Positions 1 through 14,312 of a stretch of DNA of 64,000 nucleotides are shown in pieces. Position 1 is the stretch's first letter; the number at the start of each line of letters is the position of its first letter. Origin of the DNA: Bugula neritina (lineage: Eukaryota; Animalia; Bryozoa). The stretch is taken from assembly GCA_964035545.1 (NCBI GenBank), contig OZ037767.1:23762628-23826627 (forward strand), in the 5' to 3' direction. A program made the position numbers and the translations under genes. Below the pieces are notes generated by a model, which had not been told where the DNA came from, ran no database searches, and worked only from the letters and a program-made list of their open reading frames with translations.

Positions 1-2623
1 TATGTATTTAGAATAGCTAGTGAGATTTTAAGTGGAATAGTTTATAAAAGAGCAATACAGTCTTCTTACCAACATAACAACTTCTACAAAACTTAGACAT
101 TTGCGGGTAGCATGAAATCTTGGTTTGAAAAATTAGCATAAAATAATCCAGCCAAATTGGTCAATTTACTAAATACAGTTGACCAATAATGGATTATCAT
201 GGCCATTGATTTTGAAGAGTTGGAGTAATTAATAACCACAATTTTGACAGTTTTCTAACCCTTCCTATTTGACTACTTTTATGGATGGGCAGTACAGCCT
301 GGGATGGTGTTTGAGACTGGTTGAAGCATGTTAAGCGAGATGGTTGTTTTATGGTGTTGTATGTACTATTATATCTCAGGTTATATACATATAATTTACT
401 ATTGATATATCCTATGCTATAAGTATATTGTAGCATATTATCTAGCAAGCATACATATTCATATTATATATCATAATGTGACTGTTATTACAATAATATA
501 TATAATGCAGATTCACATATACACATATATCCATCATTTCTATTACAATACTTGCACCTATTGTGCTTCACATGTTGAACAATCAGACACGGCAACATGT
601 TGTATAGTTGAAAGTAGTTATAATACAAGTACTTGCCATACTAGATATGTGTATAATATAATATGAAAACCTCTTTTGCTCAAAGCTGGTAGTTTAAGCA
701 ACACGTGAAAGCCTGAAATGAAGTCGTCTAAATTTACTTATAATTCAAGATCAATAAATTCAATTTAATTATCAGTTTTCATTAAAGTTGTACACTTTTT
801 GCTGCATACTATAAAAGTACAGTATTTTAGCTTAAAGCAAACTCGTCTATGCTACAACTTTTTGCTTTAAATCATCTTTGAAAGGGTGAATCTCACACTT
901 ACACTAGTTACATAAAAAGCGTTGCAGTGGCTAGTTTATTGCATGAAATTAGTTCTAATGAAATGTGTTTTGCTGGTTTTGCAACATAGGACATAGAAAG
1001 GCTTCTTTCAATTTCTTATAACTACAAGATTTTCAGACATGCCACTACTATATTAGCATATCTGCTCTGCCATTGCAAAAAACAGAGATTTAATTGGCTA
1101 CAAGAGAATAAACCCAACTGTGTCACACCTCAGCATATGCCCTCCAAACTTTCATACATGCATATGTTGGATGTTACATGTTTTCAAGCATATGTTCTTT
1201 TATCAAAGAGTACTAAGCTAAGCCCCTTAAGTGTCTAAAACTCTAAAATGGTGTATAATATATTTTTACCAAGTAGAAGCTCAATCACTACTGAGTGTTG
1301 ATTAACTAAAGTATAGATGGATGCTATAAATATAATACATTTTCACGCTTTTATATAAAAGTAATATTCTAACAGGACACTGTGTGATAAATATAGCCTT
1401 CGAGTTGACATCTGCTTGACATTGTTATAAACTTATTATAACCAATAACTTGGCACTGCAAGCATTATATACTTTGAACATAACAGTAATTATTTTGAAT
1501 GCTATTTTCATGGCAAATTTTTTTTGAAGGCAACATTGACAACTGGGTGGATGCAATAAAATAGCTTCGCTTTTTATTGCCAATCAAAATGATTTTAAAA
1601 TATTGTTACTGGTATCTTTTAGATCATTTTACATCAATTTTGTAAACATGGTTTTGAATGTATGCATTACAAGAGCTAAAAGAAGTCAACCAACAGTTCC
1701 AGACTATTGGTTGATAAAAGTGTGGAGGCAGTCTTTGCATGCCCATTCTATTAACAAGCTTTTGATCAGCACTTTATAGAGCCCAACCAAAGAAGTATAA
1801 TAGTTTTTGGATCTGTGAGGGTGGGAAGTTATCTCTCACATAATCAGGATTATCCCACATAGATAATCTAACACTCTTAACTAAAACTTAGTAGTTGATG
1901 CTAGGAGGGAGTGGCTTGTAAACCTGACTGTGATTATCACTGAGATTAGCACTTGAAGAAATAAAACTAGCTTAGTTACAAAACATGTGCATTCAACAGA
2001 TTATAAGGTTGTATAAGTTTTCCAGAAGTATCAGACAGATTTCAAGAGAGTACCCTAATGCTATTGGTTATATAAGTTAATTTATAAACAAAAATTGGGT
2101 GAAATGATCAAGTGAGACAATTGACTGATTAAATGCCTAAATATCTTGAACTAATAAATGTGGTGATGTGGTTTGTCTACAATTGATAGAACACTTCTAT
2201 GGAGGAGATTATTTAGAATTACCAATAGGATTCCAACCAACTTATCTCAAATACCTGGTTTATCTTCAATTCAGCAGGTTACACCAAAACATAACAATGT
2301 CAATATGACTTTCTGGGAAACCTATAAGCAGCATAGGATTATTATATAGTGAGATGGCAAGTTCTGAAGCAGGTTTTCTGTGCTTGCATGTTTTGCCCAT
2401 TATATAGCAACTAGAGAATCATTGGTTGAAAGCTTAAGTCGGCCTAAGTCGACTCGATGAATCCTAAATTCAAATTGAAGATTAGGCTTAAAAGCTTTGA
2501 AACTAATATAGATTATAAGTCATAGACACATGTCCACCTTTCTCCATGTTTTAGGATCTTTCCAGCAACTACAAATTACACATGTGCACATGACTTTTTA
2601 CTATATTTATTTCTAATTGATAG

Positions 2624-4435
2624 GCAGTTTACTAACAACTAGATCAAGTAGAGGGAGAAACCACAACACTAGAGTGACAGTCACTAATCCAGTGACAGCA
2701 AAGCCAGTCCAATCAAAAGGAGTAACATTTGTTATACCTATTTTAGCCACTCTCTTGTTCTGCACCCTTGCTCTAATTGTGACTACCACCCTCTACAGGT
2801 GAGGTCATGGAACTATTTAGTATAATATGTTCTATAATGATACTTGGTATCCATTATCCAATATAAGAAATTTGGCATCAAGACACTATACCTAGTGGTA
2901 TAATGTTTTTACGATGCACTCTAATGCACACTGCATGACTGAGTGATGTTGGGGATGATGGGTAATGTGCTGGTTTAGGTAAAAGTCTTCTCATCATAAT
3001 AAACATATCAATGTGCTCATTTTTCTGGTTTTTAGCATTAGTTTGATAACCTTGATCAGCTATGATGACAACAACATTTCCTCATCATGTTGATGGCAAA
3101 TTTACATTCTGAAGCCTAGTTCTGTATGCACATACCGCCTAGGAATGTTATAATTTAGTATATGCACGTTCATCAATTGAACAAGTTAATGAACATGGTA
3201 GAGTCATCTACAAGGTATGTTAGAAGCATTGCAATTATGCCACGGTTCCCTGTCATTATAAGTTTATGTTGTTGTTCTTAGACATGGTGTATGTAGACGG
3301 CAACCATGGAAGCAGAGGGTAATAATGAGGGTAGCTAGATACTCAAATCAACCTCCTGACCATTCACATCAAAGAACTAGTTCTAGAAAAGATACTGGAC
3401 CTAAAGGGAATAACCAGTACAGCCTCAATAGCTCTAGGCTAAAAGATTTTGAGAAAAGACTCAATAACTCTCCAACAACTAAAGCACCGTCAAATGACTA
3501 TTTTCAAGATCTTTCCTTTTCTTGCCACGAAAGGTAATGAGACATTGGCTATTACACTAATGTATGAAGATGCTATAGTTTTCGCCTGTAGTTTCAGTTT
3601 TAATGGTGAAGCAAACTTAAAGATCAGAAAAGCAACTGTTCGAATTCAAGTTTGTAATTGTTGAAGCATTATACACATGGGATTTTATATTTTCCATATT
3701 TCAATTCTTATTTTAAAATATGTAATCCGTAATGTCATAAAACAAAGTTTTAATAATTTTGTTTTTAGATCTCTTCAGACCATGGATCCAAATAACACCA
3801 ACTCACACACCTCATCAGCAAAAACTAGACGGGGATCCTTAAACTTGCCAAATTCAGTAGGTCAACTACTTCCACCACTGCGACACTCTACTGCAGATAT
3901 GTATTTCAGTGATACGTCAGAATCTACTGTAGCAGAACACGAGTTTGATCATAATGGCAGAAGGAAAAGACGCCGAATAAAACCTCTTCCCCCACTGCCA
4001 CGTCCGATAGTCTCACACAGTGAGGTCTACTTCACCGAAACTGAGACTGAGAATGACGCACCAATCAGCAGTTCTCAAAGCAGAAAAGATGATCTTCCTA
4101 AGCTGGATCCCCCACCTAGAGTTTCGCGTGATAAGCCAAGATTAAACAGGCACACTAGACAGGCTAGCAAACCATTACCTGTACATACTAAGTTTGCCTC
4201 TGAAGAGAAGACTGTGAACAATCATAACAAACAAAGCTTAGAACTAGCATTGACTAAAAGTGCAGCTAAAAAACTGGGCACCTCGCACTCTCAGGACTTC
4301 AAAGAGAGGGTAACTCACAGGCGTCCAGTAACGAAACCTCGGCCAGTGTCAAGATGTCGATCCTCCAAATCACCTGTATATGCAAATTCACATGTACTCT
4401 TAGGTAAAAACTTAGAAAATACTGACAGAGTTTAA
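2624..4435 (+). CDS. Orphan single-pass membrane protein, 3' part (5' exons not resolved)
   Basis: Phase-consistent exons 2624-2798 (TM segment VTFVIPILATLLFCTLALIVTTTLY), 3282-3533 and 3769-4435, all GT-AG. Long basic, Pro/Ser-rich disordered cytoplasmic tail. AATAAA near 4528. Confidence 0.7.
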
Positions 4436-4758
4436 TTAATTAAACATTTTTATATTCAACGCCCTTGACTCAATCATACCTTAGCTGTCAGTAGTACTAA
4501 ATACTGTGATTATTGCATGCTGTATCAAAATAAATAATTTGAGTCTTTATTCTAAACCCTCACAATATCTCATACAGTCTTTTCATACTGTGCAGTGAAT
4601 TGTCCTACAAGATAAATTTATTGGGAGATCAGTTATAATTATTAGAAATAAAAGTATGGCATAATATATCAATGAGCATAATTGAAAGTTTGGCATATTT
4701 CATCATGAAGTCTTGTTGTTTGGTAAGCGTCTGTCAGTGTTGACCATGCATGGCATCT

Positions 4759-5095
4759 TCAGTGCTGGTGTCTTGCACGTCTAGCCATAAGACTCTTAGC
4801 GTTGTTATCTGAGTCAACTGTCTGTCCGGTATGAAGGTTTTTTCTCCATTTAGCACAATCATAGGAAAGTGTGGTAAAGCTGCTGGGATTTATATGAAAG
4901 TCTCCGAGATCTTGCTTCAAGACATCTTTAAACCTTAGATAAGGTCTCCCAGGTTGACGGGATCCTTCTGACAATACACCATGAAGCAAGATGTGTGGCA
5001 TGCGGTGCTTTGGCATGCGGTTTAAGTGACCAGCCCAGCGAAGGCGGAGAAATTTTAGCTTTGAGGAGAGAGGACCTGAACCTGTGAGTTGAAAA
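4759..5095 (-). mobile_element. 5'-truncated non-LTR retrotransposon (RTE-like LINE), C-terminal ORF fragment
   Basis: Translation LRLRWAGHLNRMPKHRMPHILLHGVLSEGSRQPGRPYLRFKDVLKQDL matches the typical post-RT C-terminus of RTE-clade LINEs. Confidence 0.8.
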
Positions 5096-6564
5096 ACATG
5101 AAGTCACACAAACATTTAACTCTCAAGGCTGCTATTTATTTGTTACTCAAACTGAAGGATTCAGTACTTTATGGTTCAAATATATTTTGAGTTATGCAAT
5201 TAATCAAAATTACTTTTGAAATTGAGCAATCTGTGATCATCATAATGTATATTAGGTAAAATTTCCATTCAACTGTGACCTTCTAAATATTATAGCACTA
5301 ATTACAGCTTCCATAACTTTAAACACAATCTGTGTAGATCAAAGCTGTAAATCACATGAATCAGTAACAACAATATACTTACAATTTGTTTGTTACCATG
5401 GTAAGAGGCTTGTCGTAAGATCCTGCTTTATATGCATGTAAAATAGCCAGATTAATAGGTGAAAGAACTACTTAACACTGCTTATAATATTATAACCAGC
5501 ACTAAAGGAGAGACAAACATTTTCTGCAGATACACACCATTTTAACTACTATTGTGTAAATTAAACTGCCTAGATGACCAATCTCTTCATTAGAAACAAT
5601 AAAAAGTGTTAATTTGGCAGCTTTTGTTTTTGGAAAAGTCATTGTGAACTTCTATAGCAGGAATAAGCTTATGTGCAGGGGAGATAACTATCAACAAAAT
5701 ATCATAAGGAAGTAAAACTGTTTCATGTGTTCTAACACCTAAAATCTATACTGAATAAACCTATCCATGGCTTTTACAACAGATTATAACAGATGCATCA
5801 CAATTATACATTCTTTACTATCCAAAAAATTTGAACTCACAAAGCAATTTACTTTAGCACAGTTATGCATATAATAACTGTAATATTATGCATGTTATAG
5901 ACATTGAGCTCATTTACTATCGTGTCATTTTGTTGAGAAAATGCATAAATTTATGAAGAAGTTATTTCACCTTTGTTGATTATTATTTAGAAATATCTGT
6001 GATTAGGATGCTCTGAAATAGTATTGTGTTCACCAGGGTTAATAAAGGGCAGCTTTCTCTAACATGGTTTTAATGCCGTGACCATCCATGCAGTTAAGTG
6101 CTTTCAGTTGGTTGACAAACCAATGGACCTAAATAAACTACTCGTAGTTTCTAAACAGTACACTAATCAGACAAACAGCTTATGCATTATATTAATGTAT
6201 TTTCATACTTTTATCTTCCTGCAATCACATATTATGTATATATGTAAATGTGTTTACACTCAAGGCTTATACAATAATCTTATGATTAATGCATGGCTCT
6301 GGATACACTAAAATGAGCAATCCATTGACCAATTACAGAGCTGTCAAATTAAGCCTCTATAGATCAATTGTTTTACGATTCAAGCAGATAAGATCATCCT
6401 ATGTTTAGGATTAAGCTGGTTCTGTTATGGTTTGCCAGACTACTTCTGTGCAAGTATGAGGACATATTAAGCTGGGCTGGTGAAAAAGAAAAGATGTATT
6501 TATTATAATACAGGATGTATAATAGACTTTACCTCTCAGTTCGCAAAAGCTGTTCGTGGACTAG

Positions 6565-6800
6565 ATTTACTTATTACATAAACTATAATACTTATAGCAT
6601 AAAGTATACTTACTTATTGCATTCACTATACTTACTCATAGCATGGACTATATTTACTTATAATATAAACTAAACTTACTTATAGCATGAAGTACATTTA
6701 CATATAGCATGGACTATATTATACTTGCTTATAGAATGGTTCATACTTAACTTACTGTATAGACTATAGAACATGAGCTATACTTATACCTATAACATTG
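6565..6800. repeat. Degenerate ~22-23 bp minisatellite (TACTTACTTATAGCATGGACTA-like)
   Basis: Roughly ten imperfect tandem copies visible. Confidence 0.7.
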
Positions 6801-8209
6801 ACATTATACTTACACAGTGGAAAGTGTTATTTACTGATAAATCAAATAAGCAATGAACCGTTAGACAAATTGTCTTTTTAAACAAACAATTAGCAGAATA
6901 AACTAAATGTGTCACTTTGAAAAAATTATGCAACACTTCCAATAGCGAAATATTTCTTGGCACAAAGTATTATTATTGAATTCTTTTGTCAACATCAGGT
7001 TTTAACCAGATTGCTATTCTAAATGAAGTTGTTGTTATAAGTATATGCGCAGTAATAAAAAAATTTCCAAGTAAATGTCATTTAAAATTTGTGCATTCAT
7101 TTAATTTTAGTTTCTCCAAATGATTTCTTTTATGAAAGGTAGGCATAATAGTATGACATGCTTTACTTTATAGCACAGAGGAGAGAATTTTAGAAGACTG
7201 ATCAAATGTGCCTATTAAGGAGATCTGATGAAAGTCAATTTTTCAAGTTGCTTAAGAATAGTCACATTGTAATCACTTTATTTTAATTAGGACACCTGAA
7301 ATGAAGACAGTATGACAATATAAAACAACATTGAAAACTGAATAAATAAATGATAATTATGTTTTATGTTAAAAACTGTTCTATTTTAGCACTTTATGTG
7401 TGATTTTATGAATGTGACTCTAGAAGGTGCACATTTTGACATCCACTACTGCACAGACATGCAAATACAACAATATATTATTCACTATTTAGATGTAATA
7501 ACATTGTTCTTAAGGGGCAAAGTTGAGTTTCAATTGAAATGTCAGTTACAGGCTATTAAGCATGTCACAGAAACAATATATACACATAGTATTTAAAACA
7601 CTTAACAAATACTTGAAAATATATAAGGATTAATAGCACTATAAGGCATAAATAAATGATTGAAAAAGCTTACAGGGCTTAGAGAGCTTCAAAAAGTAGC
7701 TGATCATTATAAAATAGTCAGAGCTGATGTGCCAAACATAAACACAGAATTACGTGGTAGAGTATTACAGTCTATACAGAAAGTTTAATGAACAAAATTT
7801 AATAATGCGTGGCTGCTCAAAAAAATTAATATTGCTACAAGACAAAAAATTACAAACGTTTAAGGAGTTGTCACACCTAATTTGAGATGATTTTCGTCAG
7901 TCCATCAATGGTTAAAACAAGTTAGAAACTTAACGAGGCAGCCCCGAGTTAGGGGTGACTGGGTACATCATAGTTTGGGTCTCGAATGTAGAGTTGGGGT
8001 TTGAAAATTACAACCTCAACATATAACTTCAATCTTCAGAACTTTAAACTACTGCAAACAACCCCAACTTAAGGCTGCTTATAGGCTATACTTATAGCAA
8101 CTTTTTATAAGTTGTCGGTTAGACAAGTTTTATACATTATTATTATAGGCTGATGACAATAAGCAACTAGAACCCTGATTGTACATTACTACATCAACAT
8201 GTCGTATAT

Positions 8210-9010
8210 CTATAAGTTATAATTAGTATATTATTATTATATTGTTGAAAGATTATTAGGAATATTCAATTTTATTCATATTCATAGTGTTGTAGCTATT
8301 GATGGAATAGAAAAATAAAATAAAAATTACTATTACTATTACTATTAGTATTAGTATTACTATTAGTATTAGTATAAGTATTACTATTAGTAATAAACTT
8401 TAAGTTGAAGTTAAACTTGAGGTTAAAATTTACAGTAAACTTATACTGGTAGTGATACTGATACTGATACTCTGATAATAATACTCACTATGATACTAAT
8501 ACTCATACTCATTCTGATACGCATACTCATCACTCATAGACCATGGTCATGGTCATACTCATAAGTCATCGTCTAAGTCACACTTATACTGATACGCAAT
8601 CTCATACTGATACACTTGCTGAGTAGTGATTACTTACTCTGAGTCATACTCATAGTAATAGTTATACTTATAGCCTATAGGCATAGTGATACTCTTACTC
8701 AGTGATAGTCGTAGTCATACAATATACATGTAATCGATTTCAAACTGATATTCATACTCATAGTGATAGTCACTATGATGCTGACTATGATGATGATAGT
8801 GACTGTGATAGTCATAGTGATGCTCTGATACTGATAGTGATACTAATACTAATAGTAATGGTCAAACTCAATTAATATCATGATTGTTATCATGGTGATT
8901 CATTGACCGTGACTGTGATAATCATATTAATATTGGTATTGATACTTAAAATTAGTTACTATTAGACACATGAAGACTGTCACTATGAGTACATACACAT
9001 AGTCATAGAA
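8210..9010. repeat. Degenerate 6-bp-periodic (ATANTN)n tract upstream of the first coding exon of BLOC1S3
   Basis: Runs such as ATACTG ATACTG ATACTC, ATACTC ATACTC, ATAGTC ATAGTG, ATTAGT ATTAGT. Confidence 0.8.
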
Positions 9011-9376
9011 AAATATCTAGTGCTCATGGAAGTGGTATAAAGCAGTAAAAGAGAATTAATGCAAGATAAATATAATAATAAAAAGCAGTAAAGTTTATGC
9101 AAATGATTGACATTGTTTTTCTTGTGAAAAAGTTAAAAGAAGCAGAAGTATAGCATTACGATGAATATTATGAAGAAATGCAACTGTGATTAATAGATAA
9201 TGCACTTACAGCCATAGCGCAATCGGCAATAGAAGTCCCTTTAGCTAGCTAATTGCAGTTTTACGCTGATGGTTTTTAAAATATTGAAAATAAATGTTTT
9301 TGTTTTAGTCATGTCTCCAATATTTATATTTTCATTTTGTTGTTTCGCATTCTCATTAACAGTTCACACTTCAGAC

Positions 9377-12313
9377 ATGGCTACTATAGTGTTGGGGGAG
9401 GCGTCTGAGTCTGAGGATGAGTTGGATGAGGAGACAAGCTGTACCCCTACAATATCACAAGTCAGTGTATGTCAGTCTACCTGTTTGTATGCTTCGTAAT
9501 ATCTACCTCCGTCTACATGCTTCACACACGCACACTAGTGGACGCACATTTATACTCACTGCGTGCATAGCAAAGGTGTAAACTTACTACTATGCATATC
9601 TATATTGCAGAGTAAAGACACTCCCTCTCCTGTTACATCCACCACACATAGAAACAGCTCTTCCAGTTTTACTAAGGGCATATCAGGTATAACTTATTTT
9701 AGTATTGCTTCTGTTTTACTGTAACATTAGCATGTGTTATATGCATAACTTGTACTACTTTATTATATATCACTGCACCATATGGTACTGTACCATATAT
9801 TTTGCAATCTATAAAACTCACGCAACTTTACAGTCACTATTCCCGTGATAGAAAGATTTTTTAAAGCGGGCTAAGGACTTATTTATATATCACTGTACCT
9901 TATATCACTGTACCATAGATTGCTTAACCATATATTGCTGTACCATATACCTAATCTGCATTACATACCATCGTAACCAGTATAATATATTTCATACTGT
10001 CATGCATAGTATTATAAAATATTATGCTTGCTTTAGACACAGAGGCATCTCTGGAAACATCAGCTGAAGGCCCTTCAGCTGCACAAATGGTTATTAATCC
10101 GAAATATAAAAGGTATGTTGTGCAAGCTGGAATATACTGGGTTACAAATAAGTCACATGTGTTTTCAGTACTCGCATATAATATTGTCAAGACATCTGGG
10201 ACATACATATGTTTTATTTTTGTAAAAAAATTCAATTAGTAATTTAATTATAACCCGAGTCTCGGTAGTGATTGCTATTAAAGGCAGTAGAAAATTTCTG
10301 TATACAACATAAAGTTTGGTTGTATTGAACTTTCAATTTTATATTTCAAACACATTTAATATGTTAATTCAAAAACATGCTAAAATTTAGTTTGACTTTA
10401 TTAGCTAGATATTGTGTTGAAAAAAAGTTAATTATCTTGTTTATTGTTTTTATTTATCACTCTTATTTTACAAATACTTGTCAGAGTAAAGAGCATTTAC
10501 TTCATGTTGAAGAGGGTACTAGCTGTTGTTTAAATACTAGTATTAAATAAAAATTATAATAATGTAAATATACCACTTCTAGTCATAAAGGATCTTACCC
10601 TAATTATTGTTTCAATATTTATATGTCAACTGTTTTATTGTATTTTAGCCTATTTCAAAAGCGCCTGGGTAAGTTATAAACGTATTGCGAAATCACTATT
10701 AAAAGTCTATTAAGTCATTCTCTTTAAAAGCTGATTATTGAACTCAACTGTCACTAAAACAGCTACATTGATCAGTGCCATTTTTTAACTTGGTATTTTC
10801 TTGCTGGTAAAAGTTTTTTGCATTAACGAAGAAGGACAAAATGTTGTGTATGGCACTTGTTGAAGTATGTTTACAGCAAATTTTGTAAAAAAAATATGCT
10901 TGGTTGTTTTATAAGTACATAGTTTCAAATCTAATTAACTCTACTATTTTGAATGTGCGAACTGTGATGGCCAAATGTGACTGTGTTTTCAGAGAGACTT
11001 CCAACATTAACAGACTTTTGAAGCTCCTAGCACTCCTGTACTTATAAATATTTTTTACCAACTTTTAGCAGTAAAAACTGAAAGTTAGACCCTGTAACTT
11101 GGGTTGAGGCTATTGGTCTAGTGGCTAGCTGAATGTAGTTTTATGATACTAGAGCTCATCTGCTGGAGAACCATAGTAGTCCGGCCATAAACTTTAAACT
11201 TGCAAGGGCTTATTCCTAGGGCATGTTCTCTATATAACATCTCACCCAATAACTTCAAGTAGTACTCATAACAATTATTCTGTGCATTTTGTCCCTGCAG
11301 TTCTCTTACCGAGTTGCTTTTCACATGTTTCAGCATGTAGCATGTGATGTATTCTCTTTACTGATTGGTTCTCTACTCATTGAATTAGCCTATCATGTGT
11401 GTCGGTACATATATCTAATCGGTTCTATTACAGTGGAAGAAATGTTTACTCTACGTGGTCAAGCAGAATCTATTGCTCACAAATCTTATAATGATTCAAC
11501 TAAGCAAATTAAACAGCTTGGGAGAAATACAGACCACCTCATCACCAACTTGAAGGTCAGTCATGATCACTGTTGTTCCATGCATTCAATTTGTAGAAAG
11601 CATTTATAGAATGTATCTCTACATTCATTGGCCACTGCTCAACCCACCTGACTTTGAAGTATTAAAATGGAAATGTTTAGGTGTGAAATATAATCATAGC
11701 TGTAGGAGAAAGAAAAGTTTTTTGTACCAAAAAGTAGCCTTAGTGTGCGTCCTTCACTGATGTGTAATTTATGAATTATGTAACCTGTTGGTTGTTGTGA
11801 CATAATTTTATAACATAATATTTCTAAGCTACTTCAACAACTAGTAATGTATCAGGCCGCTAAGCGCTGGCTTCTGTCATTAAAATAACTCAATGAATTG
11901 AGAGCTATAATTTTAGTACTAAAGTTTTATCTACTCTAAATTCAGGAAATGTAAGTATGCTTTTTTCAATTATGTTAAATCTTGCTCCAAGTTAAAACAA
12001 TAAAATACAATTATAATATACCTATTGATCCAGTTCTCTTAGATAGGTCATTTTTACTCTGATACAGTTTTATTATATAGTTGTTCACTGGTGTGCTGCA
12101 CATATGTACATGTAATAGTAGGCTAGAATGTCTATCCCTGCAAGATTAGTGAAATGCATTGTTACTCATTACTGTTTTTTGTAGAAGTCAGCCTATCAGC
12201 TGCAACTTCTTACTAACGATCTCTTCAGACTGGAGGATACCATAGACTTAGTAAACTCTAACCAGCCCTTCTCTAAACTCTCCCCTGCGGATAAATACAC
12301 ACCAAAGACCTAG
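9377..12313 (+). CDS. BLOC1S3: Biogenesis of lysosome-related organelles complex 1 subunit 3
   Basis: Exons 9377-9460, 9611-9686, 10037-10112, 10649-10668, 11434-11555, 12185-12313. N-terminal V.GEASESEDE motif, SLFQKRL, and C-terminal LLTNDLFRLEDTIDLV are characteristic. Confidence 0.8.
9811..9885 (-). mobile_element. SINE 3'-end fragment (same family as 23184-23397)
   Basis: Shares AAAACTCACG..CAGTCACTAT.CC.GTGA and GGCTAAGGACTTATT with the copy at 23184. Confidence 0.65.
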
Positions 12314-13774
12314 CCAGCCAATCAGATGTGCACAATTAATATATAACATATACCTATGCTTTTTTCAAGACAGCTAGTCTAATTGTGCTCTATTAACTTA
12401 TTAATTTGTTTTTATTTATGATTTATATACAGCCCTTGATATTTTTTTAAAATCATTGTGTACCCTACAAATAAACATACTATATAAATTTAAAAACTAT
12501 AATTTGTTTTAACCTTTAGTGTAAGTTAGGACTTTGCTCAATACTTGTTAGTTAAAGAGGCACTTTAAGTACTTTCACATTTAGCAGCTCATGGTCACAA
12601 ATTAGCCACTGTTGCCACTTCTATATTATCCATTAAAATAGGAGGAGGCCATTTGTAATTTACCAAAAGATATAGCAACATAAAATTTTCCTGAAATGTT
12701 TTCTTCTCTTTTCTATATTATATTGTGTATTTTTCATGTTTCTATAAGGGTGTTTGTGTGGTAAGCTTTTAGCGAAGTATTTCTGCATGAAATAGTAACT
12801 GCATTGATCTAAAAAAAGTACCTCATGTAGAAGAGGGTTGCTAGTTTCATTGTTGTGCTTTAAGAATACCTAGTTTATAACTAAGCCAGTAATGATAAAC
12901 TGATTAATAGTATGCAGTGCTGCTTATAAAGATCTATCTGCTTTTTATATATTGCAGTATATTATACTGTAGTCTGTATTTATAGTCTTCAACTTGCATA
13001 GTCATTGGGTGGGCCTTGAACTTTTAAACGATAATCTGGGGTAAATGTTGAGCCACTTGAAATGTTCATAGAGTTATAGGTGGAATAACTCCAACATGAG
13101 TATTAGAAGAGCGTAGTGAATAGTGGCATAATGAAATCTACCATTGTCTTGTCTTGTCTTGATTTAGTTCCAAGACCCCAAATAGGGGAGAGGTGGAACT
13201 ATCGGATGTTCAGGTCTTTTTTTATTAGTCTGCTAGTGTTTCTCCCGTGCGTAGTTCACGGGCTGTTCTAATGAGGAAGCTATGCAGGAAATTATTAGTA
13301 TTACAGGATAGTGAATTAAAAGAGTTACTGTCCCCAATATTGGTATTACGGAGAGATTTCATGGAGTTAAGAGTGTTAATTAGGTTAGGGAAGAATGCTT
13401 CATGCTGCAACATTACAAATAAGTGCACTGATTATGCATTTAGATGGTAACTATAAATATTGGCAAACAATTATTTTATCTAAAATTTAATAACAACAAT
13501 GCTTAGAAAAGTAATCTTTAATGCTTGTCCGCATACAATATTGCTGACTAAAAATTTAAATCGTTTATTTCCGGTGTCCGGAATTGTTATTTGTCAATTT
13601 CTGTTAAACTGTCGTGTCCTAAGAGTAATGGTTCAAGAGCAATGTAAGCTGAATTATTGTCTGTTGTTAGGCTAAACTGTTATTTTCGTTGTAAATTAAT
13701 TACGTACTATTTTAATAAATAAAACATACAAATGTTGTTAACCTGTCAGCATAAATCATTATGATTAAACGATC

Positions 13775-14000
13775 TAAATTCAAATTGAAATACTAATAGT
13801 AATACTTATAGTTATACTAGTAGTACTAGTAGTAGTAGTTATAGTTATACTTATAGACTATAGTTATATTATAGTTATACTTATAGTTATACTTTTACTA
13901 AGTCCAAGTGTAGCACTAACTGTTAGTCCATTATTATTAGTATTACTATTACTATTAGGTCTAACAATTGTTATTTTCATATTGAATTTCATTTATACAA
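13775..14000. repeat. 6-bp-periodic (ATANTN)n tract in UBE2J1 intron 1
   Basis: ATAGTT ATACTT ATAGTT runs starting about 130-150 bp after the donor at 13644. Confidence 0.8.
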
Positions 14001-14312
14001 TTATTTATTTTGTACTAGGTTACTGTGAGTGTGGTAAAACCAGCTTAATAGTATATATAAGCACTAGTAGTTATGATAGGTTTTCTGACCTAATGTTTGA
14101 AGTTCTACTACCATAATAGCAAACCACTTACAATTAGACAACCAAAATACATGAATTTTAATTAAAATAGTAGCCAAAATGAGAAAAAATAAGATAATAT
14201 TGTTTACTAACTGTTCTCCCCTGCCTTTCTGTAGTTATAGTACCAATATTTTTGTTTTGCAGGATTCTCACTCACCATTTTGCTTATTTTTGATAGAATG
14301 TGAAGCTGTAGA

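Noticed and set aside
1-340. Possible decayed DNA-transposase (hAT-like) coding relic
   Set aside because: Only vague similarity with several stops; cannot be supported without a search.
13628-13643. ATG 13628 as the main UBE2J1 start, with a 5-nt microexon at 14339-14343
   Set aside because: ATG 14313 gives the conserved YNLRSPAVKRL N-terminus in one ordinary exon.
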